Shown here: positions 1-11,633 of the stretch, in pieces
Position numbering within the stretch: position 1 is the first letter of the stretch
Layout: each line of letters starts with the position of its first letter
From: Schmidtea polychroa
Taxonomy: Eukaryota
Reading direction: 5' to 3'
NCBI GenBank assembly: GCA_044892525.1
Contig: CM097885.1
Span: forward strand, 29,018,001-29,082,000
Length of the DNA: 64,000 nt
The notes under the pieces: model-generated
Seen by the model: only the letters and a program-made list of their open reading frames with translations
What the model was told of the DNA's origin: nothing
Databases searched by the model: none
Made by a program: the position numbers and the translations under genes

Positions 1-237
1 TTTGCTGCAAAAATGTCTATTATTTTCATAGACTTCATAAATGGAAAATTTTTGAACATGATCTTTCAGCAAAGGAAAATATCTATTGTTGTCAATATGA
101 CGTTTAAATAATATTAATTTGACTTCAAAACCATTAATAATACCAAACATAACATCAATTGATTTTCCTATGCATTGCAATTATATATTTAATCCATTTC
201 AATGTTTCATCTAAAAACATTCACCTATACACTAAAT

Positions 238-2239
238 CATAGGTTCTCAATATTTTTTTTCTAGAACCCCTCAATTTTTTAACTTACCACCTGTCGCGAA
301 TCTGAAATAGCTATTGCAACGATTATATTTAAACGTGTAATTACACTGTAATATTATATGGTCCTATCCTATTTCTGAGTTTAAAGATAAATGTTTCAAT
401 GAGAACATTTCAAACGCATACTTAATTATATTGAGAAGTATTTTTATTGGCATTCAAAAGTATTGAAGTTATAACTCATCTAGTGAGAAGGTTGAATTTG
501 ATCCTTTTTAAGGAGTTTGTTAATATCAGGCTCGATTTTACTTAATATGGAGCTGATTTCTCTTTTTAGTTACCAACGTTGCGACAGCACTAAATTCACG
601 TTCAGCTAAATATGACTATGTGAATGCTATCAGAAATCGTTGAACAATCGACCATAATCGACTTCTGTACCCAAAATTCTTGGTAGCCATTCTTAAATTT
701 AATTTTTACTTTCTCAGTTGTCGTCTGGTCTACTAGTTCTTCTAACGGGGATGATCCTGCAGTGTTGACATTTAAAAAGACAAACATTTATTAAAATAAA
801 AACAAAGATTTAATAAATACATCGCCAACAGATGTGTACCTTTAGGGGTCTTTCCCACATCTAGATAATAGATATTAAGTATGCCGTTTTTCGGATGCGG
901 CCACAATCATATTCCTCGCTTGGGCCACGTCTATCAGTTCTGTCAAACAGGTCTGTCAAATGAGCAATATCATTCTTTGATGAGATGAGGTTGTCACGCA
1001 ATTCTGTGCCTTTGTTTCGTAGGAACTCTATCACAGATTCAAACAGATTGTAAAATCAAGCCAAACAAGTACCTTTTGATAGCCAGCGCACCTCTGGGTT
1101 AAGCAGCAATCGGTTGAAATCTTCATCATTGACAATGCAAAGCAAACTAAATGATCTGTCATTCAACGAGTTACTTCTGATTTTATTAACTGCTCTGATA
1201 ATATATTTCAGTGATGTATGTAGGAGTTCACTCGCAACCAAATAATGACGATGAATTACGCTATGAAGCCTTTATGATTCGTTGTCATAGCTGGCGCGCC
1301 ATCGGTAGCAAATGACAAAATTTTATTAAAATGAATTTATTTTTCGCCACAAAACATTTCCAGTATATTAAATATGGTTTCTCCTGTTGTATCTGTTTCC
1401 AAATTTGTAGCAAACAATAGTTCTTGACATGTTTTCTCATCATTGGTGAATCTCACGTATGCCAATGCTTCATTGGTTGTTAAAGTGGACTCATCAAGCT
1501 GAAATGAAAATTAACAAATCTGCAAATGATTGCACAATGATTCTTCAATGTTTTCAGCCATCAGCACAGAATTATTGCTCAAAAGCATTTTTCGGATAAT
1601 ATCTGCAGATGGTTTATGAATCACAGTGGTTATTACTTTTTTTATTGCCGGTAAAATTAAATCTTTCCAAACAGAATGTGGTTTGCCTGTTTTAGCAATC
1701 AACAATGAGATATTGTACGAAGCTTGGAATCCGTTATCGTAGCTAAGAATTTTGTATTTTTTCATGTCTTGAAAATAGGTTACATCTTTGTCTTTCTTAT
1801 CCGGGTGTATTTTATTAAAAATGATCTTGAAGCCTAGAAGACTTCACCTCTTCATTTGAAAAATATATTTTGAAAAATAAGGCACATTAGTGATGATGGA
1901 CTTGTGGAATTTTCGATAAATCCGTATACACACTATACTGCCAACTCTTCTTTTTTGCTTCCAACATGGTTTTTACTTTATAGGTACATGAGTCAAAGTT
2001 TAATTCTTAAAACAATATTATCAATTGTGCACGATAATGTTAATGAACAATCACTGCCGTTATATAGGTTGAAGACATATAACACGCTTCGACACAAATA
2101 AGATAAACAAACACTTTTATAACACCAACGTGGGAATAAGGGCGACGTTGGAGAAAATTTTGGGTCGGGGGCTGTAAAGTTCAGTCTTGTCGACGCATTT
2201 ATCCTCACTCGCTGACTACCGAATGGCCCGAAAACACTG
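238..2239 (-). mobile_element. Degenerate hAT/Buster (ZBED5/SCAND3-like) transposon; broken transposase about 481-1967
   Basis: Minus-strand fragments carry Buster motifs: ASYNISLLIAKTGKPH, QLDEST (~1486-1502), ATDGAPAM (~1285-1310), EVRWLSKG and a C-terminal QPSH*. Many frameshifts and stops. Candidate ends (cataggttctc at 238, gaaaacactg at 2239) are weak. Confidence 0.85.
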
Positions 2240-2421
2240 AGCTAACTAGTTAACTAAAAACAGTAATAAAAAATTTATGACAATATCCCAAATACCTTTC
2301 CATCCTATTTAACTTGTATTATTTAAAACAAGAAATAAAAGCCTAAATTGTTTTCATTGGTTGAAATATTAGTTATTTCTGCCCAATTCGAAATTTTTCA
2401 AGAGTAGAATTTCCCAATAAT

Positions 2422-4127
2422 TGTAAAAAATAAAGTGTAAATCAACAACTGATTTATTCAAATACTAATTACTAATAAATATGCGATATTATTTCATCGT
2501 GATTACATCATGCCTGCTAAATATCCTTACATAATAATTATTATAAATATGTTAACATGTTTGACATTGTATATTACATCTCCCCTTATCGATAAGGAGG
2601 TTTTAGCATTTCTAGTTAAACGAATTGGGTAACGGCGCATTTTTTTCTTTGTTCGAATACTTATTTCTCGAGAGTAGACAGTTGGTATCATCCAGAATTA
2701 TTTTCACTTATAGCAGTTCCTTTGAATCAATCTTCCTTTATTATCTTGCAAAGAAAAAGTTCACTGATTCTACCTGAAATGGTCCATAGTATTTAGAAAT
2801 ATTAAATTGTCCAATCTCTCTATTAACCATAACCATATTTCCGGTTTCAATTTTGTGAATTCTTTCTTTGTCATGTATTTTCTGAATATCTTGTTTGTTT
2901 TCACTGTTTTCTAATACATATTTCTGTATCTCTTTCATGTCCATTTCCCTCTGTTTTAAGAAACAACCACCAAGTGATTCGTTGATAATTAATTGTGTAT
3001 AAATCAGGGTTTACCGACAAAAGAGAACTTTATATGGTGAAAATCCTGTTTTCTGAATTGTAAATCTGATTCTCAGTTCATTAATAGGCAAAATATCATC
3101 CCAAGCTTTACACCGTCTTCCTTTTTGGAACACTAGGAATCCATTTCGATGAAACTTACGCAATGATCAATCAAAGATTGTCTTACCTTATTTATTTTCT
3201 GATTCTTAGATTTAAATTGTTCAAAATCTTTGAGTGTGTCCAAATTGGTTGCACCGAAAACATTTTATTTGTTTCTTTTCAGAATGACAATTTTGTTTTA
3301 TATGGCCTGTTTAATTACATGTTTTAATTTAAACATCTAATATCTGTCGACGGTGGTTTCTGCTATCTAGGTATTTGATCTAAATTTTTTCTTGTGATAA
3401 ATTCACATTTCTTATCGCAATATTGAGCTAATTAGAGGTGTTTTTCCATTATTTTTTCTTGATAATTTTTGTCGTCGATCTTAAATAATTTTCTCATTTC
3501 CTTCATCCTTAATCGAGGCAATTGTTTCATCGATTTATTTGGCTTTATTTCAGGGCTCAGAAATACCTTTTGAAGCGAGATTGTTCATGAAAACTTTTAA
3601 AATAGTATTTCGGTCAATTTTCAATTTGTTTGCTTCAATTTTGATTCTCGTAGCGAATTTTCTTGTACTATATTCCTTAATTTTCGATTTTTCCTAATCT
3701 TACTAGCTTTCTCTGATCATATTTCTAAAGCTCTATTGAAATAAAATTCCAAATTTCTAATTTTATCCTCTTCTATACATTCCATTTTACCGAGCATCCT
3801 TTCATTGAAAGTACTTTTGAAGAAATCTTCTTCCAATGTTGATTCGGATTCAAAATTTTTTTAATATTCTTTAAATGATCTTCAATTTCTTTTGACCCAT
3901 GTTTCTCACATTTTGCAAGGTTTGAAATTTTTTCTGTCAAATATCCTGCTCGTGATGCCATGTAAAAGATAAGGTGTAAATAAACAACTAATTTATTCAA
4001 ATACAAATTACTAATAAATATGCGAGGATATTTCAACATAATTACATTATTTTCACAAACTATCCTTACATAATTATTATAAATATGTCAACATGTGATT
4101 CCGATGTCAATCACGTCGTATATTACA
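2422..4127 (-). mobile_element. Internally deleted Ty3/Gypsy LTR element with short (~160 bp) LTRs
   Basis: Direct repeats 2422-2578 and 3961-4127, both TGTA...TACA. Minus-strand PBS TGGCATCACGAGCAGGAT (3943-3960) abuts the 5' LTR and PPT AAGGGGAGA (2579-2587) abuts the 3' LTR. Integrase C-terminal remnants WDDILP and KTGFSPYKVL at ~3020-3110. Confidence 0.85.
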
Positions 4128-4997
4128 ATACAATACCTATTTATCGAACTAGGTCCCTAAAGTTTCATGTGCTGCTTTCTTCTTCGAATTTGGATCTTAT
4201 TAATTTAAAAGTTTTTAAATGTCTTCTACAATTCTTAACGTCTTTTAAATAAGCTTTTTTCCAACTCTTAGACGATGAATACGAGTACGTAGTAAATTTA
4301 AGATATTTAATAAAATATAAACGTCAACTACTTAATTAAAATAAAAAACGGGAACCACTTAAATAAAACAAAACATTGCGTAATAATTTATAATACATAC
4401 AATATGGTGAGTATGTAATAATTACATATCCATACATATTGTATGAAACTTGATGATTATACAATAGTGTATATGATTACGCTATAATTAACCACTCGAG
4501 CACAATACACTAAAATAAATTAACTAAAAATTATATTAATTTTTTGCTTATAGAAAATATTAGTGTCTATTTAAGGGTGATATATTGGATAGTTTCTTTC
4601 GAATTGAAACAATTTTTAAACTAGTTATTTGTAATTTGTTAAAAGAAGAAATCTAACAAACTCGGTTGGCCTGGGAGCGCGAGATTTATTACCGAGATAA
4701 ATAAATTGATAGTGAAAGTTTATTATATTGAAATTTAATTAGCGCACTTTATTATTAATTCTCAATAAATAATTTTATGTTATTTTAAGAACACAGAATT
4801 CATTTATATTTTTCAAAGGATTAGGATTATAAATTACTTGACATGAAAGTAAAGTATCATGTTTGTTGTTAATTAATATTTCAGCAAGTGTGATTTGTAT
4901 TTGATGTTTCAACAAATTTCAATTTCGAATGAAGCTTTTATTCTGTTTAATACGATTTAAAATATGAATTTGTAATGCTATTTTATTTTCAATATAG

Positions 4998-5044
4998 CAA
5001 CGCTTCGATTCCAGCCAATCTTAGTAAAGCTGTTCCTTGTAAAG
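4998..5044 (+). CDS. LEDGF/HDGF-related protein, internal exon (NASIPANLSKAVPCK)
   Basis: Bounded by tatag| and |gtaata. Its phase-1 end joins the next exon to form GAT (Asp). Confidence 0.6.
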
Positions 5045-5102
5045 GTAATACTCTTTCACACAATTCTGTTGTCTTTCTACTGTCTGTCGCCTTTTCTTTC
5101 AG

Positions 5103-5287
5103 ATGAAAATGAATTGCGGATCATTTCTAAACTTTCTATCATTGATAAAGAAATAAAAAAAAGTCTTATTGTTGGGCAGGAAAATTATGAAATTTGCCGC
5201 AAAATGATGGCAAATTTACTGGATTTGAACAATCTCACATTGATTTCATTGTGTCAAGTACCAGAAATCATTGTTACAATTAGAAAG
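5103..5287 (+). CDS. LEDGF/HDGF-related protein, integrase-binding-domain exon 1
   Basis: tttcag| ... |gtatat. Encodes KLSIIDKEIKKSLIVGQENYEICRKMMANLLDLNNLTLISLCQVPEIIVTIRK, which aligns by eye to the LEDGF IBD ([30 protein letters not shown]...EMITTLKK). Confidence 0.8.
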
Positions 5288-5595
5288 GTATATTATTATT
5301 ATATCTTTATTATTAATTTATTCTTTTTCACATTCTTTTCTTTTCATTCATTTTTTTGAAATATTTGAAACTTTAATGCAAAAATTTTCATTCATTAAAT
5401 CCATTAAAATAAGCATTTCAATGTATAGAAATTTCACTATGGTAGGGTATAATTAAATTGCTTGATAGAGGAATATTTAAAAAGTTCAGGAAAGATAAAA
5501 AACTATTTGTTCTTGATAATTTTCAATATAACCACCTTAGTAAAACAAAATGTAATGCGATTCTACCTGATTTCCAGTTATCATACGATCTGAAA

Positions 5596-5830
5596 CAGTG
5601 TCTCCCGACCTTCTTTATACCATGCCCGACCGTAGTATTTTCAAAACTCATATGCCCCACAGACCCCTTTTGAAGTAGCTGTCAAACTTCGATAATCAGT
5701 ATTGGCAGTATGTAAAAATATTATATTTAGTCGTGAATGAGTATATTATATTAATAAATATATGTGAAATAGTTGATAATTGCTGACGTGTCCATCTCTG
5801 AGGCGTGATGCCCCACCGTGGGAAACACTG
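5596..5830. mobile_element. Buster-type hAT MITE
   Basis: TIRs cagtgtctccc / gggaaacactg; 8-bp TSD atctgaaa / atctaaaa. Confidence 0.8.
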
Positions 5831-6239
5831 ATCTAAAAAGAACTGAAGATAAAGGGAATTTAAATTTTAAAGATCAAATATGAGAAAGAATATTTTACTG
5901 ATCAACGTATATAATTTTCATTGTAATTAACATATATTAAAATATTGACTTTATTTCATTTTTATTTATCGATATACTATTTATAGACAAATATTTATTA
6001 ATGAAAATAGGCAAAGGCATAATTAATATTCAAAGAAAAAATATAGTAGCAAGCTACTATGTGGGACATTGAATTCTCTAATGTGCCGTTTTTAAAATTT
6101 TTTAAATTATAAATAACAATTATAAATAATTATTTTGAAACAAACACTTTTTCATTTTTAAAAATTTTTTAAAAATTATTATTTTAATTATTTTTTAACA
6201 CAACTATTATTCAATATACATCAACATACAAAAACTTAA

Positions 6240-6850
6240 TTAAAACATTCAACACACAAGTATTCACTGCATTCTGCACATTGATTTTAGGATTAAAAGT
6301 TCTAATCAATAATGCTTCACATATCACACGCTCAAAACAATTATCAAATTTTTTGATAAGATTTTAAAATCAGACATTCCTAATTCTCTCATACAGACTT
6401 TATTGTGATCCTTAATATTGGACACTCCCTTCAGTCGACAGTGTTCTTGAACTCGAGTACAGAGATGACGGGAAGTCTCTCCAATGTATGTGGCATTACA
6501 CCCATTACATGTGAATTGATAAACGAGATCCGAACACAATCCAACCGGCGTTTGAGATTTACTAACAAACATACTACGTACTTTGCACGATTTTGAAACA
6601 CTTCTATAATTCAATGTACCCAGCTGTTTGTTTACCAATCTTTCTTTTGAAATCTTTATATCCTTCAGAATACGGCAATACCATCGTATATTTGGCTCAT
6701 CTTGTTTGTTAGTATCAATACTCATATTCACTACATCATTCGACATATCATTCAATTTACATTCATTCATTATACGATCCTTAGCATTATTCATACATTT
6801 ATCAACAGTCTCTTTCAACGTTTATGCTGAAAGTTGAAAAATTGAATTAT
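6240..6850 (-). mobile_element. Penelope-like retroelement 3' fragment (GIY-YIG endonuclease)
   Basis: ORF 6324-6818 contains LVYQFTCNGCNATYIGETSRHLCTRVQEH. A frameshifted continuation CEALLIRTFNPKIN is typical of PLE C-termini. Confidence 0.85.
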
Positions 6851-7568
6851 ATTGAATCATGCCAAGTTTTAAAAAATAAGAAATATTATAATCAAATAAC
6901 CTTACATTTTCCTTTCTCTCCAACGTATGCGGTAAACGAGATCCGAACACAATAATATATATATATATATATTCTTTTTTTTATATTTTCTTTCGATAAC
7001 TTTACCCTCTTCCCTCTTTCTTCAACATTTTATTTTTATCTTCAGATTTTCTTTTCTTAGCAGTTTTCGTTTTTTGTACAAATTTTACTATCTATTTCTT
7101 TACTGACATTAAAGAATTCTTTATAGAATTTATAAGCATTTTTAAGCTCAAAACCTTCATTAAAAGACAATGGCTGTTTTTCTCGATGAGAAATTTTCAT
7201 ATCAAGATATTTAGTTCTCTTCTAATATCCAATATGTCTTTATGGTTCCTTACGACCCCTCAATTTCTTATGATACATTTGTCATCAACTTTAGTAGCCA
7301 ATTGTCTATTTAAAGCTTTTCCGTCTATAATTGAAAACTAAAATAAAGATAAATAGTTGGACAACTTCACCCATAAAATATTGGTACTTCACTTTCGGAA
7401 CAATTTTGTTCATTAGTGTTTTCAAAAGCATTTATATACTTGATTAAGTTTTATTTTAATCCTAATTCTACATGTTAAAACTTGACATTATGTCGTTATT
7501 TCGATTTTATAACTTTTATGTACTTTTAATCGCAAGGACTTTTAAAAGATACATTTAACTAATTTTAG

Positions 7569-7667
7569 TGTCGAAGATATAAAAAAGATGATTCTATCAA
7601 ATCTAGTGCTTGTAAAATGTTTCAGATATTTTCTCAGCTCTATGAACAAGCCGAACTGGAGGAAGTT
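7569..7667 (+). CDS. LEDGF/HDGF-related protein, integrase-binding-domain exon 2
   Basis: ttttag|, phase 0. Encodes CRRYKKDDSIKSSACKMFQIFSQLYEQAELEEV, matching the last IBD helix ([25 protein letters not shown]). Donor at 7665 or 7668, both phase 0. Confidence 0.8.
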
Positions 7668-7708
7668 GTATTTTGTTTAAAATATCATTTAGGTAACCTG
7701 ATATTTAG

Positions 7709-8110
7709 AAAGTTTCAGCTGGGGCTGAGCTTCTCAAAAGACATCCAGGAGAGTATAAGACCGCACAAGTGCTATTTAATGAACTATTTGTGATTGATAA
7801 ACGACAGTCAGTCCAGAAAACTAATGTACCGAGTCTTGTTTTGTCATCTCCAAGTTCAGCTCAATCGTTTCACAGTTCTGCAAATAATACACCGCTGTTA
7901 ATTAATGATACATCAACAGATATCCCGGAACTCGGATTGACTCTAGATCCGGATTTGACTGATATCAACGAACTGCTAAGAAATGGTATTTTAGTTTTGA
8001 TTGATTCATATTCTTGCGATGAATCAGAAAAGAAAAAGAACTTGAAGACTCCATTTGAAAAAAGATCATATTCTGAAGAAATTGATTTGTATAAGCAATT
8101 AGGTGTTTGA
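7709..8110 (+). CDS. LEDGF/HDGF-related protein, terminal exon (Ser-rich/acidic tail)
   Basis: atttag|, phase 0, in frame with ORF 7769-8110; ends at TGA. Confidence 0.7.
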   Translation, partial: KVSAGAELLKRHPGEYKTAQVLFNELFVIDKRQSVQKTNVPSLVLSSPSSAQSFHSSANNTPLLINDTSTDIPELGLTLDPDLTDINELLRNGILVLIDSYSCDESEKKKNLKTPFEKRSYSEEIDLYKQLGV

Positions 8111-8499
8111 TTGTGAATATTGTTGTAAATAGATTAGTTTTATTTTTGAGTTGTAAGATTTTCTAAAATGTTTTTTCTTAAACTTGTTTCAACTTTATTT
8201 AGCGTTTATTTGTTTTTTCCTGGCTGAATCAAAATTGCTTTTTATGAATATTTTATTATTAGTATTTATTATTAATATTTATTATTACTATTTATTATTA
8301 TTTTTTATTATTAATTTTTATTATTTATTATTACTATTAATATTTATCATTATTCATTATTTATTATTATTTTTTATTATTAGTATATTATTTATTAATA
8401 ATTAATATTTTGTAAGCAAGTCATAAAAAATAAAATTATATGCATTCATATTTATAATCTATAATTTAATGTCAAAAACGGTCCTATAAATTGAGCGTT

Positions 8500-9240
8500 G
8501 GCGTCATGTGTTGGAAAGGTTAATTAGAGAACGCTTTGAGCGTAGTGTCACAAAAGTAACTAAAAAAACGAGGACCCACAACCCGTACAGCTTGAACCGA
8601 GAGTGACGGTTGGGCTCTTCACCAAATGAGGGGCGGAAGTAAGTTTTTCTGGGTGTTCCTGCTACCGGTATTGTGTACTGCTCTAATGATTTCTCATTCA
8701 CTATTGTTCTCCATGATTTCATATACAGCTGCTACTAGGCCTTATTTTTTACATTCTCGCGCTTGGGATCTCCTTTTTCTGCAAAAGACAAGTAGTAGCT
8801 CTCAGCATATCGTTGAAACGGTGAGCCGACAAATGCGCCGACGCTCAACTGACACGAGAAGACGGAATACTCGAGTATAGATAGGTTTATATGCCATCTC
8901 GCCAAAGTGTATCCCTTCCTCATATGTTCCACTCATGTCTGTGTCTTTTGTGTGCTGGTTCGTCGGAGACCACACGGAAAGACAGAAGTATTATTAATAA
9001 ATAGTACCTGTTTCCTCTTTCTCATTGCGTAACTTTTATGTCACGTCAGTCTTGGCTGCGAACGATCAACCAACCGGCCATTTCAACAAACTTTACTCGA
9101 TAGTCAACTATTGATGCCTGTGTATTGTTGTTGCACAGGGTGCATATTCAGAGTTTCCTACGTCACTGAGAAACACAAGTTTTAGTTTTGGAATTTTTAA
9201 TTTACAATTTTGTTGGCGCGCTTTTATTACGGCGCCCGTC
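8500..9240 (-). mobile_element. Probable degenerate Mutator-like (MULE) transposon remnant
   Basis: GC-richer island. Same-frame minus ORFs 8735-8932 and 8504-8722 loosely resemble a MULE C-terminus (RHSRFK...LW). GC-rich terminal motif ggcgcgcttttattacggcgccc at ~9215-9237. Confidence 0.4.
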
Positions 9241-9677
9241 TAAACACACAAAATAATTTTCAATGTCGCTCCAAATCTATTCCTATTCAGATCATAAACC
9301 AAATTTCTTATACACTGTAAAAGATATGCCAGCAGTTGACTCAGGAGGTTCAGATGAGCACTTCCATTGGGTAAGAGGACATGCAATTCCCTGTATGGGT
9401 GTCTTAGTTGACTTTGGATTAACAATATTTTTACTGGTTAAAATAATAAAAACCTATTTGGAGGGTTATTATTTTCTCTAGTCCAACCCCATTGAGCTTT
9501 CCATTTATTTTTAATTTCATTTCTATTGGCACAATTAGCAAATGAAATTCTATCGAGTGCAGTAAAATTTGCAAAAAACGAGTTAGATAACGATAAATTG
9601 GGGTTGGAAAAAATGAAGTAATTTTAGATGAATCTGGAATGTTTTGTATTTGACCTGATATTTATCTCTTCAAATAT

Positions 9678-10490
9678 TTTGAGTATTTATTACAAATCAG
9701 TGTCATTGTCTGACTCCTTGTTAATCAAATCGAACAACCCAACACAATATTTATTCAAGATTATCACAATTACAATTTTTAGATTATACCCTTAAGTGAA
9801 ACAATCACACTTTAAACAACTCTTTTGCTCTGCAAATACTTTAATTGCAATCTGAATCTTGTGCAGGGATTAATCTTCCAACTGGAGATGTCCCTTTCTA
9901 GTACCCTAGATTTGAAAATATTTAGTTATCACCAAGTTAAATTCGCCTCTGCTTTCTTTCGCTATTCTATAACTTTTCTTTCTTCGACCTACTACCAATT
10001 CTGTTTACTCGCCCGTCGCTTTTATATCCATCTCGAATTTCATTATCCCCTAATCAAATTGCTTTGGATCCTTTTTTCTCGGGCTTTCTCTCAACGATCT
10101 AATTAGTTTGGGGAATTTTCTCATCTTTTTTGATGGCTTGTCTCAATTTAATTATTCGTCGGCTGATTTAATTGCCTCTAGATAATTTGTTTGACCCGAC
10201 GGGGACTCTCACACTGCTCCAGTTTTTCATTGGCTCGGGTTTACCATTACCGATTAATTAATTTTAATTAATTTGTTTTTTCGCATTAACTTTCCTTGTG
10301 AACACCTTATTAAATTTTTATTATAATTTCTGACTCGTCTATCAATTTGGCGTTCAATCATACCCGATACCCTCGTTCAATATTGAGTTTTATTAAATTT
10401 TAATTAATTTTGCGCTTTTATTGTTTTTACCCATTTTTGTTATGCTTTCCTTTTATATATGAATTTTTGGTTTGTGCGCTAACTCCAACA
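9678..10490 (+). mobile_element. Solo LTR (family A)
   Basis: Ends ...ccaaca with ATAT on both sides. Shares tctgactcc, cccaacac, ctcggg and ctcgtct blocks with the copies at 18928, 47217 and 52160; left end degenerate. Confidence 0.7.
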
Positions 10491-11633
10491 ATATTATAAA
10501 TAAATTTTCAGGGTGTGGTTGCTTGAAGTCAGATTATATTTGCAACGGATTTCAAAGTCACGATCTGAGGATGCTTTTCGATAAACTAAGTTTCTTATTA
10601 AGGAAATTCACAAGCTGGTCTTTGAAACTCAATAGAAGAGAAATTATAAAGCATTTATTTATTGGTAAAATTTGGAAGTTCAAAAGAATTAATGGAAATG
10701 ATAATGGATAGCTTTTGGATACTTTATAAGTTAATGTTCTCAAAGATTTCTTGTGTTGGGCGACTGGAACTTATGTGGTGTGTGAAAAGTTAGATGCTCT
10801 CTTTTTAAACCGATGATGATTAATTTAAAACGTCTAATTCTAGATAATTGTGGATCTTTGAAAATAAATCATCATGATATAGGCATAAACGGTGAGAAAT
10901 AAAAAAAGAAACATAGTTGTAATGTATCAAGGGTTCAATAAATAACTCCATTTGATAAAATCACGAAATAGGTAAAAGGATCATTTTCCAATGCAATATT
11001 TAACAACTGAATTTAAAGATTTGTTTACCTAAAAGCAATAATTACTGACATTGTTGAAATTTCAAAAATATTTGAGAGATCAATAGCATACGATACAATA
11101 ATTTACAGGAGGAGTGTTGATTTCAACTCTAACTTAAAGTAAATAATTTACAGAAAAAAAATAAAGCTATAACTCAGAAAAACCTGCAGATAAAATGAAA
11201 ATTATAAAGAGCCACGTTTGATCTTGTAGTAATGTGAAAGGTACTCGTACTCAAAGAACCACAGGGAGACTCACAAAATACCTGTATAAATTTTTATTAT
11301 CAAATCAAGTTGAATTCTAATAAAAGATTGGAAAAAATAAGGAAGCACCAAATAGCTAAAGAAGTTTCAATGGCAATACGAAATGTGTCAATTATTTATA
11401 TGATTAATTTGTTTATTAATAAATGGAGTTAAAGAATTCTTTTATTTTTATCTCAATTTATCTCATAATTTTTATAAAAAAATTAATTTCTTTCAAAAAC
11501 ATTTAAAAACTTTCCTCTGAACCTTTAATAGTAAATTTAATAATTTTCTAAAAATGTAGCAAGTAATGAAATCAAAATAAAATAATTATTTATTACTTTA
11601 CCTAATACTTTAAACATTATAAGTAGTTTATAC

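Noticed and set aside
6970..7430. Antisense, spliced-looking coding fragment inside the LEDGF-like intron
   Set aside because: Stops or frameshifts after the putative intron, and no recognisable family.
9263..9481. ORF with HFHWVRGHA, reminiscent of an RNase H motif
   Set aside because: Single short motif; the other RNase H catalytic residues are not evident.
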